A model generated the notes under the pieces. That model searched no databases and was not told the origin of the DNA. It worked only from the letters and a program-made list of their open reading frames with translations. Shown here in pieces: positions 21,951 to 32,493 of a stretch of DNA of 39,954 nucleotides (within the stretch, counting starts at the first letter, position 1; each line of letters starts with the position of its first letter). Source of the DNA: Escherichia coli (lineage in GTDB: Bacteria > Pseudomonadota > Gammaproteobacteria > Enterobacterales > Enterobacteriaceae); assembly GCF_003334255.1 (NCBI RefSeq), contig NZ_QOWU01000053.1. One strand, given 5' to 3'. Both the position numbers and the translations under genes were made by a program.

Positions 21951-22703
21951 GTGAAAATCTGCTTAATTGATGAAACAGGCACCGGAGACGGTGCCTTATC
22001 TGTTCTGGCGGCCCGCTGGGGGCTGGAGCACGATGAAGACAACCTGATGGCGCTGGTGTTAACGCCGGAACATCTGGAATTGCGCAAGCGTGATGAGCCA
22101 AAACTTGGCGGCATCTTTGTTGATTTTGTTGGCGGAGCGATGGCGCACCGACGCAAATTCGGCGGTGGTCGCGGTGAGGCGGTGGCGAAAGCGGTGGGCA
22201 TTAAAGGCGATTATTTGCCGGATGTGGTGGATGCCACTGCAGGACTTGGGCGCGATGCCTTTGTACTGGCTTCAGTCGGCTGCCGCGTGCGGATGCTGGA
22301 GCGTAATCCAGTGGTTGCCGCGCTACTCGACGACGGCCTGGCGCGTGGTTATGCGGATGCGGAAATCGGCGGCTGGTTGCAGGAGCGGTTGCAGTTAATT
22401 CACGCCTCCAGCCTGACGGCGCTGACTGATATTACCCCGCGCCCGCAGGTGGTTTATCTCGACCCGATGTTCCCGCATAAGCAGAAAAGCGCGCTAGTGA
22501 AAAAAGAGATGCGTGTCTTTCAGTCGCTGGTGGGACCGGATCTTGATGCCGATGGATTACTGGAGCCTGCACGCTTGCTGGCGACCAAACGCGTGGTGGT
22601 AAAGCGCCCGGACTACGCGCCACCGCTGGCGAATGTCGCCACGCCAAACGCGGTAGTCACTAAAGGGCATCGCTTTGATATCTATGCAGGTACGCCAGTG
22701 TAA
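21951..22703 (+). CDS. rsmJ: 16S rRNA m2G1516 methyltransferase RsmJ (YhiQ)
   Basis: GTG at 21951, 7 nt after the prlC stop, then [15 protein letters not shown]...; 250 aa. Confidence 0.88.
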   Translation: MKICLIDETGTGDGALSVLAARWGLEHDEDNLMALVLTPEHLELRKRDEPKLGGIFVDFVGGAMAHRRKFGGGRGEAVAKAVGIKGDYLPDVVDATAGLGRDAFVLASVGCRVRMLERNPVVAALLDDGLARGYADAEIGGWLQERLQLIHASSLTALTDITPRPQVVYLDPMFPHKQKSALVKKEMRVFQSLVGPDLDADGLLEPARLLATKRVVVKRPDYAPPLANVATPNAVVTKGHRFDIYAGTPV

Positions 22704-22711
22704 AACTAAAA

Positions 22712-22735
22712 CAGGGTAGCGATAACGCTACCCTG
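22712..22735. terminator. Bidirectional terminator between rsmJ and dtpB
   Basis: cagggtagcg ataa cgctaccctg followed by CTTTCTG. Confidence 0.5.
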
Positions 22736-22751
22736 CTTTCTGCAAGAATAA

Positions 22752-24221
22752 TTAATGGCTTTCCGGCGTCGCAATCATGCGTTTCAGCCACGGCACCATC
22801 AACAGCATCACTACTGCAACGCCCAGCGTGACCAGACCAATCTTACCAAACACGTTGGTATAGACGGGCAACGTCTCAAGCGGATCGGTAATGTTGTCCG
22901 GCACCGCGGTAAATGTTGCCACATAGCCGCCCAGCAAGAACGCGGCAGCCTGCGTCAGGAACCACATCCCGAGAATAAAGCCCATCAAATGCTGCGGCAC
23001 CAGGGCAGCAATCATCGCCAGGCCAAGGGCGCTAATAAACAGTTCACCTAAGCTCTGGAATAAGTACACCAGCACGATAAACCATGGCGATGTCAGCCCT
23101 TGTGCATCCGCAAACCACATTCCCGCAGCTGCCGCCGTCAAAAAGCCCAGTGAGCACATAAACATGCCGAGAGTAAATTTCATCGGCATCGAGAGGTCTT
23201 TGCCTTTGTTACCCAGATGCGTGTAAATGCCTGCCAGTATTGGGCTGGCGAGTACCACCCAGAACGGGTTAAGCGCCTGGAAGCTGACCGGGTTGATGGA
23301 AAAACCGAGAATTTCATGATGCACGTTGTTGATGGCAAAGAAGTTCAGCGATGTTGGCATCTGGGCGTAGAGAATGTAAAACACCACCGCTTCGAGCATC
23401 AGGACAAAGGCGACAAACATTTTATTGCGCCCGGTTTTATCCAGCTTGAATGCCTGACGAAAGAAGATGATGGTGACGACGATGGAGAGAACAATCAGCA
23501 CCAGATTGGCGACTTCTACGTTGTGCATCAGCCATGCGCATACGAAGATCATCACCACGCTGCCAAGTAACACGTACAACAGTTTGCTGAAGCTCATTGG
23601 CCGGAAGTCGGGTTCAGAACCAATGTCTTTCACCATTCCACGACAGGCGATGTAAACCAGTAATGCGATAATTAACCCCGCCCCGCACAGGTTGTAGGTG
23701 ACTGAATAACCGAATCTATCAGCGATCACAGGGGCCAGCGATAACGCTATCAACGAGCCGATGTTGATCGACATATAGAACAGGGTGAATGCGCCATCAA
23801 GCCGCGGATCTTTCGGCGGATAGCACTTCGAAAGCAAGCTGGCTGGGTTAGCTTTAAACAGGCCGTTACCGACAGCGATAGTCCCCAGGGCGATGAAAAT
23901 CAGGTCAGGCTTAAGTAGCGACATGCCGGTCATGAAGTAGCCAATCGCCAGCACAAGTGCTCCAAGAACAATGGTGCGTTTGGTCCCCAGCAGGTGGTCG
24001 CCGACATAGCCGCCAATGGAAATGAGGCCATAGACCAGCGCAGCAAAAGCACCAAAAGTGACAAAAGCCTGCTCTTGCGAGAATCCAAGCTGTTTAACGA
24101 AGAAAACCGCCAGTACGCCCTGCACGCCGTAGTAGCCGAATCGCTCCCATAACTCGACAAAAAAGATCATGAAAAATGGGCGAGGTTGCTGCAGCATCCC
24201 CATGGGTGTTGTTGTATTCAT
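22752..24221 (-). CDS. dtpB: Proton-dependent di/tripeptide permease DtpB (YhiP)
   Basis: 489-aa POT-family polytopic membrane protein. Confidence 0.95.
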
Positions 24222-24490
24222 ATTTATTAACCTTCCAATACCATCCTGAAAAGTATGAACGCGTAAGGGATAACGCGCGAAAAAGTTTACATCTGTCAGA
24301 GATTCTTAATATTGATGCGGTGAATAGATTAATACACTATTACAACAGAAAATAACCAGATGATCACACTAATGATGGAAAATATGATGGTGTTAAATGT
24401 TGTATTGGCTGGGGATTTTGATTGCGTACGCAGACCGTAGGCCAGATAAGGTGTTTACGCTGATCAGGTAACAAGGCGCGCCAAAAAGCA

Positions 24491-24512
24491 AAACGCCCGC
24501 ATATGCGGGCGT
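24491..24512 (-). terminator. Intrinsic terminator of uspA
   Basis: aacgcccgcatatgcgggcgtt, followed on the minus strand by TTGCTTTTTGG. Confidence 0.55.
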
Positions 24513-24537
24513 TCAGGAACACGTCGTAGAGGGAAGA

Positions 24538-24972
24538 TTATTCTTCTTCGTCGCGCAGCGGAACAATCAGCATATCAACGTGAACGGTGTTGATCAGCTG
24601 ACGTGCGGAAGACATCAGTTTGCTCCAGAAGTCCTGGTGGTGACCACAAACCACCAAATCCATATCGTATTTCTTGATTGCATCGACCAGAACCTGGCCC
24701 AGGTCGCCGCTGCCGCTCAGGGTTTCAGTGATTGGGTAGCCTGCATTAGTGGAAAGCTCGGTCAGTGCATGATGTGTCTCTTCAGAGATGCGTTTCTGCA
24801 TATCACCCAGATTCACATCAATAAGCCCGGTGTATAGGTCAGAGTAGTTTACATCTACGTGGATCAGAGAAACTTTCGCATTGTAGGGGCGAGCCATAGA
24901 GACTGCTTTCTCTACCAGAACTTTGCTTTCCGGGGAGAGGTCGACCGCGATGAGAATGTGTTTATAAGCCAT
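24538..24972 (-). CDS. uspA: Universal stress protein A
   Basis: 144-aa [27 protein letters not shown]... Confidence 0.97.
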
Positions 24973-25362
24973 AGTGTTACTCCTTCCATAAAGTTGTCGA
25001 TGACTGGCCAGCTAGCGTTTCTTGTGCCGTTACGTCACCCGCGTCCTGCGAACTACGTGCGCGGGGCTAACCCAGCCGTAAAGATTCAGTGTTAAGACCA
25101 TCCTTACCTTATAGCGACCCGGATGATCCGTCAATCCGCCTTGCTTACTCGTTAGATAAACAAATTTTCGACATGAATATATTGATAGTGGTTAACCTTC
25201 TGGAAAAAAAACAACCTGATCTCCTACACTATCTATAGAGCCGCTCGTATGTTGGTCACCACAAAAGCGGTTTCTCCAGGACCTGGTGTTAACTGATTGG
25301 CAGCGTATCGGGAGCGGTAGCCCCGGGGTGGAACTCCGCGGGCAGGTCGCCGGGGAGGAGGT

Positions 25363-25698
25363 ATGATAAGCACCGTCGCATTATTTTGGGCTTTATGTGT
25401 CGTTTGCATTGTTAACATGGCGCGCTATTTCTCATCACTACGCGCGTTGTTAGTGGTACTGCGTAACTGCGATCCATTGCTCTATCAATATGTTGATGGA
25501 GGGGGCTTTTTTACCTCACATGGCCAACCCAACAAACAGGTGCGTCTCGTTTGGTATATCTATGCCCAACGTTATCGCGATCATCACGATGATGAATTTA
25601 TTCGCCGCTGTGAGCGGGTGCGTCGGCAGTTTATTCTGACCAGCGCATTGTGTGGTCTGGTGGTGGTCAGCCTGATTGCATTGATGATTTGGCATTAA
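25363..25698 (+). CDS. uspB: Universal stress protein B
   Basis: 111-aa two-helix membrane protein, divergent from uspA. Confidence 0.95.
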
Positions 25699-25776
25699 GC
25701 ACTTCAGCAATAATAACGCATAAAAAAAGCGGGCCAGTAAACTGACCCGCTCGAGACTGATTACAAACGCAAAATT

Positions 25777-25874
25777 GCCTGATGCGCTACGCTTATCAGG
25801 CCTACATAATCTCTGCAATCTATTGAATTTGCATGTTTTTGTAGGCCGGATAAGGCGTTCACGCCGCATCCGGC
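25777..25874. repeat. REP / BIME palindromic units
   Basis: gcctgatgcgctacgcttatcaggcctaca and gtaggccggataaggcgttcacgccgcatccggca. Confidence 0.6.
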
Positions 25875-25941
25875 ATGAACAAAGCGCACTATGTCACAAT
25901 CTGAAGCGGGCCAGCTGACCCGCTCGTTTTGGTGCGTACGA

Positions 25942-27441
25942 TTACAGGAACTGCAAGGAGAGCCAGTACAGCCCGCCGGAAAGCAGTACCGCAGCCGGAA
26001 GGGTAAACACCCAGGCCATCAGAATGCTGGTCACGGTTTTACGCTGTAAGCCGCCACCATCTACCACCATCGTCCCCGCGACAGAAGAGGAGAGTACGTG
26101 AGTAGTGGAAACCGGCATCCCGGTATAACTCGCCAGGCCGATAGACACTGCCGCCGTCATCTGGGCAGACATCCCCTGAGCGTAGGTCATGCCTTTCTTA
26201 CCGATTTTCTCACCGATAGTCGTTGCCACACGGCGCCAGCCAATCATCGTACCGATACCTAACGCCAGCGCGACCGCCATGATGATCCACACCGGTGCAT
26301 ACTCGATGGTGCTAAGCATGTCGGACTTCAGTTTCTTCAACAGGCGCTGATCGTCAGCACTCACGCCAGGCATCTTCACCACTTTGTCGATAGTGTCAGA
26401 AACGCACAGCATAATGCGGCGCATCTGGCTACGTTGATCAAGCGACAGCTTGTCGTAGCTTTCCACATCGGTGGTCAACATACCTTTCAGGCGGTTGAGC
26501 GCGTTAATGGTATTCGACGGATGGCAGTGGAACTCCGCAGGTTGCGTTGCGCCAGCTTCCGGAGCCGGTACTAACTGATCAGCACCGGTAGCCTGTTTGA
26601 GCAGCGCAGGATGCTGCTCAAAGTAAGCTTCGACGTTGTTGATGGCATCACGGGTACGGGTGATTTCGTAGCCAGTGGCATTCATGTTCACCACGAAGCC
26701 TGCTGGCGCGACGCCAATCAATACCAACATAACCAGACCAATGCCTTTCTGACCATCGTTCGCGCCGTGCGAAAACGCCACGCCGATAGCGGAAAGGATC
26801 AGCGCAATACGCGTCCAGAACGGCGGCTTTTTCTTGCCGTCTTTCTTTTCACGCTCCGCTGGGGTCAGGTGGATACGGGCGCGTTTCTTGGTGCCGCTCC
26901 AGTAGCGACGCAGCAAGAAAATCAGACCGCCAGCAAACACCAGGCCGACAATAGGGGAAACGATCAGAGAACCGAAAATACTTAATACTTTCGGGATATT
27001 GAGTGCATCCACCACTGACGTCCCGGTCATCAACGCATTGGTTAAACCAATCCCGATGATCGCGCCAATCAGCGTATGAGAGCTGGATGCAGGTAAACCA
27101 AAGTACCAGGTACCCAGGTTCCAGATAATCGCCGCCAGCAACATAGAGAACACCATGGCAAGGCCATGAGACGATCCCATATTAAGCAGCAGATCCGTCG
27201 GCAGCATATGCACAATGGCATAGGCAACACTCAGACCACCCAGCAAAACACCCAAAAAGTTGAATACCGCCGCCATAACCACGGCGAGCTGAGAACGCAT
27301 CGCGCGGGTATAGATAACGGTTGCCACGGCGTTGGCTGTGTCATGGAAACCATTGATGGCTTCGTAGAACAGCACAAAAGCCAGTGCAAGCAATAATAAC
27401 AGCCCGGTATGCAAATCCAGGCCAGCAAACAAATGTAGCAT
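25942..27441 (-). CDS. pitA: Low-affinity inorganic phosphate transporter PitA
   Basis: 499-aa polytopic ORF beginning [20 protein letters not shown]. Confidence 0.97.
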
Positions 27442-27672
27442 AGGACGTTACGCCATTTTGAGGACATGAACGCGGCGCATTATCAGTGACTTTCGCGGCG
27501 CGGGCAAAGTGAAATATAGACTTTTTTTGATTTGCCCCCTGTATGGATTTCACTCAAAAAATAATTATCTTATATAATTCAGGCAAATACTTCCTTTTAG
27601 TAATATTGATGCTGGTGCGACCACTGAGGAATCTTTACAATTCACGCCCGTTTTTTCTAAGAGGAGCGCAAC

Positions 27673-28875
27673 GTGGAAAGGTTTGATGCCATTATTATAG
27701 GCGCTGGTGCGGCGGGTATGTTCTGTTCTGCGCTGGCAGGTCAGGCAGGACGCCGGGTTCTGCTGATCGATAATGGTAAAAAACCAGGGCGCAAAATCCT
27801 TATGTCTGGCGGTGGGCGCTGCAACTTTACCAACCTTTATGTCGAACCAGGCGCTTATCTGAGCCAGAATCCGCATTTTTGTAAGTCTGCACTCGCACGT
27901 TTTACCCAGTGGGATTTCATTGATCTGGTCAATAAACACGGCATCGCCTGGCACGAGAAAACGTTAGGGCAACTCTTCTGCGATGACTCCGCGCAGCAGA
28001 TTGTCGACATGCTGGTGGATGAGTGCGAGAAGGGCAATGTGACCTTCAGATTGCGTAGCGAAGTGCTGAGTGTGGCGAAGGATGAAACAGGCTTCACGCT
28101 TGATCTGAACGGCATGACTGTCGGTTGCGAAAAGCTGGTCATCGCGACTGGTGGGCTGTCAATGCCGGGGCTGGGCGCGTCGCCGTTTGGTTATAAGATT
28201 GCCGAACAATTTGGCCTCAACGTGCTGCCGACCCGCGCGGGTCTGGTGCCATTCACTCTGCATAAACCGTTGCTCGAAGAGTTACAGGTGCTGGCGGGCG
28301 TGGCGGTGCCTTCCGTGATTACCGCTGAAAACGGCACCGTTTTCCGTGAGAACTTACTCTTCACCCACCGCGGCTTGTCTGGACCGGCGGTGTTGCAGAT
28401 TTCAAGCTACTGGCAACCGGGGGAATTTGTCAGCATCAATCTGCTACCGGATGTGGACCTCGAAACCTTCCTGAATGAGCAGCGTAACGCACATCCGAAT
28501 CAAAGCCTGAAAAACACACTGGCGGTTCATCTACCGAAGCGGTTGGTTGAACGCTTACAGCAACTCGGGCAAATCCCGGATGTTTCGCTAAAACAGCTCA
28601 ACGTGCGTGACCAACAGGCACTGATTAGCACATTGACCGACTGGCGCGTACAACCCAACGGCACTGAAGGCTATCGCACTGCCGAAGTGACGCTCGGCGG
28701 CGTGGACACCAACGAACTCTCTTCACGGACGATGGAAGCGCGCAAAGTGCCTGGGCTGTACTTCATCGGCGAAGTGATGGACGTCACCGGCTGGCTGGGG
28801 GGCTATAACTTCCAGTGGGCGTGGTCGAGTGCGTGGGCTTGTGCGCAGGATTTGATTGCAGCAAAGTCGTCCTGA
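27673..28875 (+). CDS. yhiN: FAD-dependent oxidoreductase YhiN
   Basis: 400-aa ORF with N-terminal Rossmann motif IIGAGAAGMFC. Confidence 0.92.
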   Translation: MERFDAIIIGAGAAGMFCSALAGQAGRRVLLIDNGKKPGRKILMSGGGRCNFTNLYVEPGAYLSQNPHFCKSALARFTQWDFIDLVNKHGIAWHEKTLGQLFCDDSAQQIVDMLVDECEKGNVTFRLRSEVLSVAKDETGFTLDLNGMTVGCEKLVIATGGLSMPGLGASPFGYKIAEQFGLNVLPTRAGLVPFTLHKPLLEELQVLAGVAVPSVITAENGTVFRENLLFTHRGLSGPAVLQISSYWQPGEFVSINLLPDVDLETFLNEQRNAHPNQSLKNTLAVHLPKRLVERLQQLGQIPDVSLKQLNVRDQQALISTLTDWRVQPNGTEGYRTAEVTLGGVDTNELSSRTMEARKVPGLYFIGEVMDVTGWLGGYNFQWAWSSAWACAQDLIAAKSS

Positions 28876-29189
28876 CCTATTTCCTAAAGATGAAAATTAT
28901 TAGAGTCGCATTAAAAATGAGCTAATTTTGATAGTGGTTATCTTGTGATTATTTTCTAATGAGCCCGTGAACTGAAACCCTCCATGCTTAATATAAGGTG
29001 GATGGAAAGGTGATTGAAAACTCACCCAGTGGCCAGATCTTTATGAAATATGAACAGGTTGAAAAAAACAGTAACTTTGCTGTTTTTTATACTTAACCAC
29101 TATGCATTAATGCTGCGTTATTTCATGATGCCTAAGAAAAACCAGCGTTACGCAAATGGTCAACGCTGGTTTTATCCGGTACGTTGCAA

Positions 29190-30242
29190 TTATTTTTTAG
29201 CAGAACCCGCTTCTAATATTGAAACGATTGAGAACAACGTAAAGCATACCGCTCCCAAACCGACCAGAACTCGCGAAGGAATAAAATATCCCATGTCGGT
29301 CTGCGCCATTTCCGCAAGAAACGATGCCAGGAAAAGGCAAAACAGGCAGGTGAAGACGGGAATCATCGGTATTCTGTTGGCTAACGAACAGGTACGTCTC
29401 CATACCAGTGCCAGTAGCCAGACTTTTGAGAATATGCTGTAACAGATCATTCCGAGGCAAATAAGAATAATGCCGGGAGCCAGTCGGGCGCTTGCATCGG
29501 AACTGACTAAGACGTATATCCCCTGCAGTACCGTGATTGAGCCGAGAAAAATAACCCAATAACACCACAGCCAGTGTTCTTTAGTTGAAAACGTATTACG
29601 TGTTTGATGGACAATTGTGGCAACAAGGCCAATTAGACAGGCACAGATTGCGGTTAACCCAAGCAATACGTGACCCGCGACATAATGCGGAGTTATGTCA
29701 GCACTACGTAACAGCGTAATAGACCAAATGAAACCGAGCAGGGTGAGTAAAACGGGAACGGCAATGAGGCAGTTACCGATTAATGAAGAATAAGCCTGTA
29801 CCGGTGTTCCGTCGCTCTTGCTCCCCGCTGCATTTTTGGGAATGAGCAGAAAGTGACCGGATGACGCTGCCACCGTCGATACACAGGCGGCAATCATACC
29901 AACGCCGAAAATAACATGGCCGGCGACAAACTCGTCTGCCATCACATCATTGCCTGCTAACAGTGCCCAACCCCATATCATGGTGATAATTGACCCCGCA
30001 TAGCCAATAATGGGGAACAATGTATTGTAAAACGTATTAACGCCGCGCGTGAGCTGCGAAATGATAATAAATGCGGTAGTGAATAATGCCAGGCATATGG
30101 CCGCCAGAGAAATCAGCACATGACCCGCGACGAAATACTCGCTTTGCCCTGAACTTTCCAGCACAAAGCCACCTAACGCGATACAAATTAAGCCCATAAT
30201 CAAAGGGATTAATTTGAAAAGCCACCCGATATATATGTTCAC
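29190..30242 (-). CDS. yhiM: Inner membrane protein YhiM
   Basis: GTG start at 30242 giving VNIYIGWLFKLIPLIMGL... (350 aa); track ORF starts further upstream. Confidence 0.85.
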   Translation of the reverse strand: MNIYIGWLFKLIPLIMGLICIALGGFVLESSGQSEYFVAGHVLISLAAICLALFTTAFIIISQLTRGVNTFYNTLFPIIGYAGSIITMIWGWALLAGNDVMADEFVAGHVIFGVGMIAACVSTVAASSGHFLLIPKNAAGSKSDGTPVQAYSSLIGNCLIAVPVLLTLLGFIWSITLLRSADITPHYVAGHVLLGLTAICACLIGLVATIVHQTRNTFSTKEHWLWCYWVIFLGSITVLQGIYVLVSSDASARLAPGIILICLGMICYSIFSKVWLLALVWRRTCSLANRIPMIPVFTCLFCLFLASFLAEMAQTDMGYFIPSRVLVGLGAVCFTLFSIVSILEAGSAKK

Positions 30243-30624
30243 TTTAAACTCCTCAGGTATCCCTGCTAATATTGAAATATGCATTAATGATAATTTCATC
30301 CTGTTAATATAATGACGAGATATCATTAAAGACAAATGCATAGCATAACTATAGCGGGGTTTACTTTGCAGAGCGCTACTTTTCAGCGTTCAAAAGGCCA
30401 TGATAAATAAAAATTTATCCTAAGATTAATTCTTATGCTGTTGTTTTTTACAATTATCTTCCAGGGAGGGATTATTCTTCATTATTTGGTAAAAGACCGG
30501 ATAGTCTCGGTGCTTAAAATCAGCGAACATATAAGTATTATTATTTTATATCGTCGTAAATCTGTTTTTCAGACAAGTATCATTTATTTTGTTACAAACA
30601 ATTCAAAAATATCACAGGTTATTT

Positions 30625-32232
30625 ATGAAAGCAATTGACAATCAGATTAGAAACATCTCTTCAAGCCATCAAGATAAGCATTCAGATAAAGTTAACAGTC
30701 ATCAACACCATGGCAAGGTTGATAAAACACATCGTGCAAAGATAGTTGAATTTGATAAACTGGATAATGATTCGCAAATAGATAACGATTTTGGCCTGCA
30801 TATCATCTATTTCCTGCAACATGGTCACTGGAAGGTAAATGATCGTAGTCACCAGATGGAGAAAGTATGGTTTTATAATAGTGAACCTTCTATAGATATT
30901 CAAGAATATAATAGATTCGCCGACAATACTACTGATACGTTTATCTTTACAATTATACCAGACAATAACCATGTGTTAAAATTATCGTCTCCCATTACCG
31001 TTACTGTTGAGTGTAAGGGCGGTTATTATTTTATTAATTCCTCTGGAGATAAATCAGATATAATTTATAAAGTTGATGGGCTTTCTATCATAGCGAGAAA
31101 TTTCTTTACTCTTCTTAGTGGTAATTTCAAACCTGACTGGCGTTGGGATGTCTCTAAAGAGACGTTTACTAAGGAAAAGTTTGATAGCTATGTTAAATCT
31201 GTGTTTTCAAAAATAGACTTCTATAAACAGTGTGGTGTGATTAACCCACAAAATGCCAACACGGCTTATTTTGGCGATACAGATGGAAGAGTAGGCGCTG
31301 TACTTTATGCATTGCTCGTTTCAGGGCATATAGGCATCAGGGAAAAGGGTTGGAGTTTATTATGTGAATTATTAAAACACGAAGAGATGGCTTCATCTGC
31401 ATACAAACATAAAAATAATAAAGTGCTCTACGATTTATTAAATACGAGAGACATGATCTTGAATGAGTTGCATCAACATGTTTTTTTAAAGGACGATGCG
31501 ATAACCCCTTGTATCTTCCTTGGGGATCATACAGGCGATAGATTTAGTACTATTTTTGGTGATAAATATATCCTTACTTTGCTAAATTCTATGCGAAATA
31601 TGGAGGGTAATAAAGATAGCCGTATTAATAAAAATGTCGTCGTTCTGGCTGGAAATCATGAAATCAATTTTAATGGTAACTATACTGCACGACTAGCAAA
31701 TCATAAACTCTCTGCCGGTGATACGTATAACTTAATTAAAACGCTCGATGTTTGTAATTATGACTCAGAAAGGCAAGTTTTAACCAGTCATCACGGAATA
31801 ATAAGAGATGAAGAAAAAAAATGTTATTGTCTCGGTGCTTTGCAGGTTCCATTTAATCAGATGAAAAATCCTACTGATCCTGAGGAATTAGCCAATATTT
31901 TTAATAAAAAACATAAAGAACACATGGATGATCCTCTATTCCATCTAATCCGAAGCAATACTTTGAAACCCACACCTGTATATGCTAATTATTTTGATAA
32001 CACTACTGATTTCAGACCAGCACGTGAACGTATCTTCATATGTGGGGAGACACTCAAAGGTGAAGACCCCAGCAAATACATTAGACAAAAATATGGGCAT
32101 CATGGGCCCGGGGTAGATCATAATCAACAATTTGATAATGGTATTATGGGGCTAAATTCCCTGAAGGAAGCACGTGATAAAAATAATAAAATAATTTATT
32201 CCTCAGGGCTTAGTTGTTTTCAACCACATTAA
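30625..32232 (+). CDS. yhiL: Uncharacterised protein YhiL, intact (YhiJ paralog)
   Basis: First ATG at 30625 (MKAIDNQIRN...), 535 aa; track ORF begins at an upstream TTG; AT-rich; shares motifs with the next gene. Confidence 0.75.
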   Translation: MKAIDNQIRNISSSHQDKHSDKVNSHQHHGKVDKTHRAKIVEFDKLDNDSQIDNDFGLHIIYFLQHGHWKVNDRSHQMEKVWFYNSEPSIDIQEYNRFADNTTDTFIFTIIPDNNHVLKLSSPITVTVECKGGYYFINSSGDKSDIIYKVDGLSIIARNFFTLLSGNFKPDWRWDVSKETFTKEKFDSYVKSVFSKIDFYKQCGVINPQNANTAYFGDTDGRVGAVLYALLVSGHIGIREKGWSLLCELLKHEEMASSAYKHKNNKVLYDLLNTRDMILNELHQHVFLKDDAITPCIFLGDHTGDRFSTIFGDKYILTLLNSMRNMEGNKDSRINKNVVVLAGNHEINFNGNYTARLANHKLSAGDTYNLIKTLDVCNYDSERQVLTSHHGIIRDEEKKCYCLGALQVPFNQMKNPTDPEELANIFNKKHKEHMDDPLFHLIRSNTLKPTPVYANYFDNTTDFRPARERIFICGETLKGEDPSKYIRQKYGHHGPGVDHNQQFDNGIMGLNSLKEARDKNNKIIYSSGLSCFQPH

Positions 32233-32493
32233 AACTCCATGAATACGGTGGTATGTCTTTTTAATCCTGCCAGTATTTCATAGGTTTTCTTAATCGATTG
32301 TAGAGGCATGTTCTGATGACGCCTCTACAATCTTTAGGGACTTTCTCTGCTATGAGATAAGAAATTTCATATTATGCTTTGAGGCTGAATGATTTGTGCA
32401 AAATATAATTATTTTCCCATCGAACATGAGGTGTATGTCATAAGATAAAATGTTAACTATGTATTCCTCGCGGTAAATAATATGAGGTAAAAT

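Noticed and set aside
24421-24480. Possible REP-like sequence downstream of uspA
   Set aside because: Only loosely resembles the REP units seen elsewhere in the window; not confident it is a repeat element.
29050-29442. 130-aa plus-strand ORF
   Set aside because: Overlaps the 3' end of yhiM on the opposite strand in AT-rich DNA; no supporting signals.
30435-30638. 67-aa ORF upstream of yhiL
   Set aside because: Lies in the yhiL promoter/leader and overlaps its start; low-complexity AT-rich translation.
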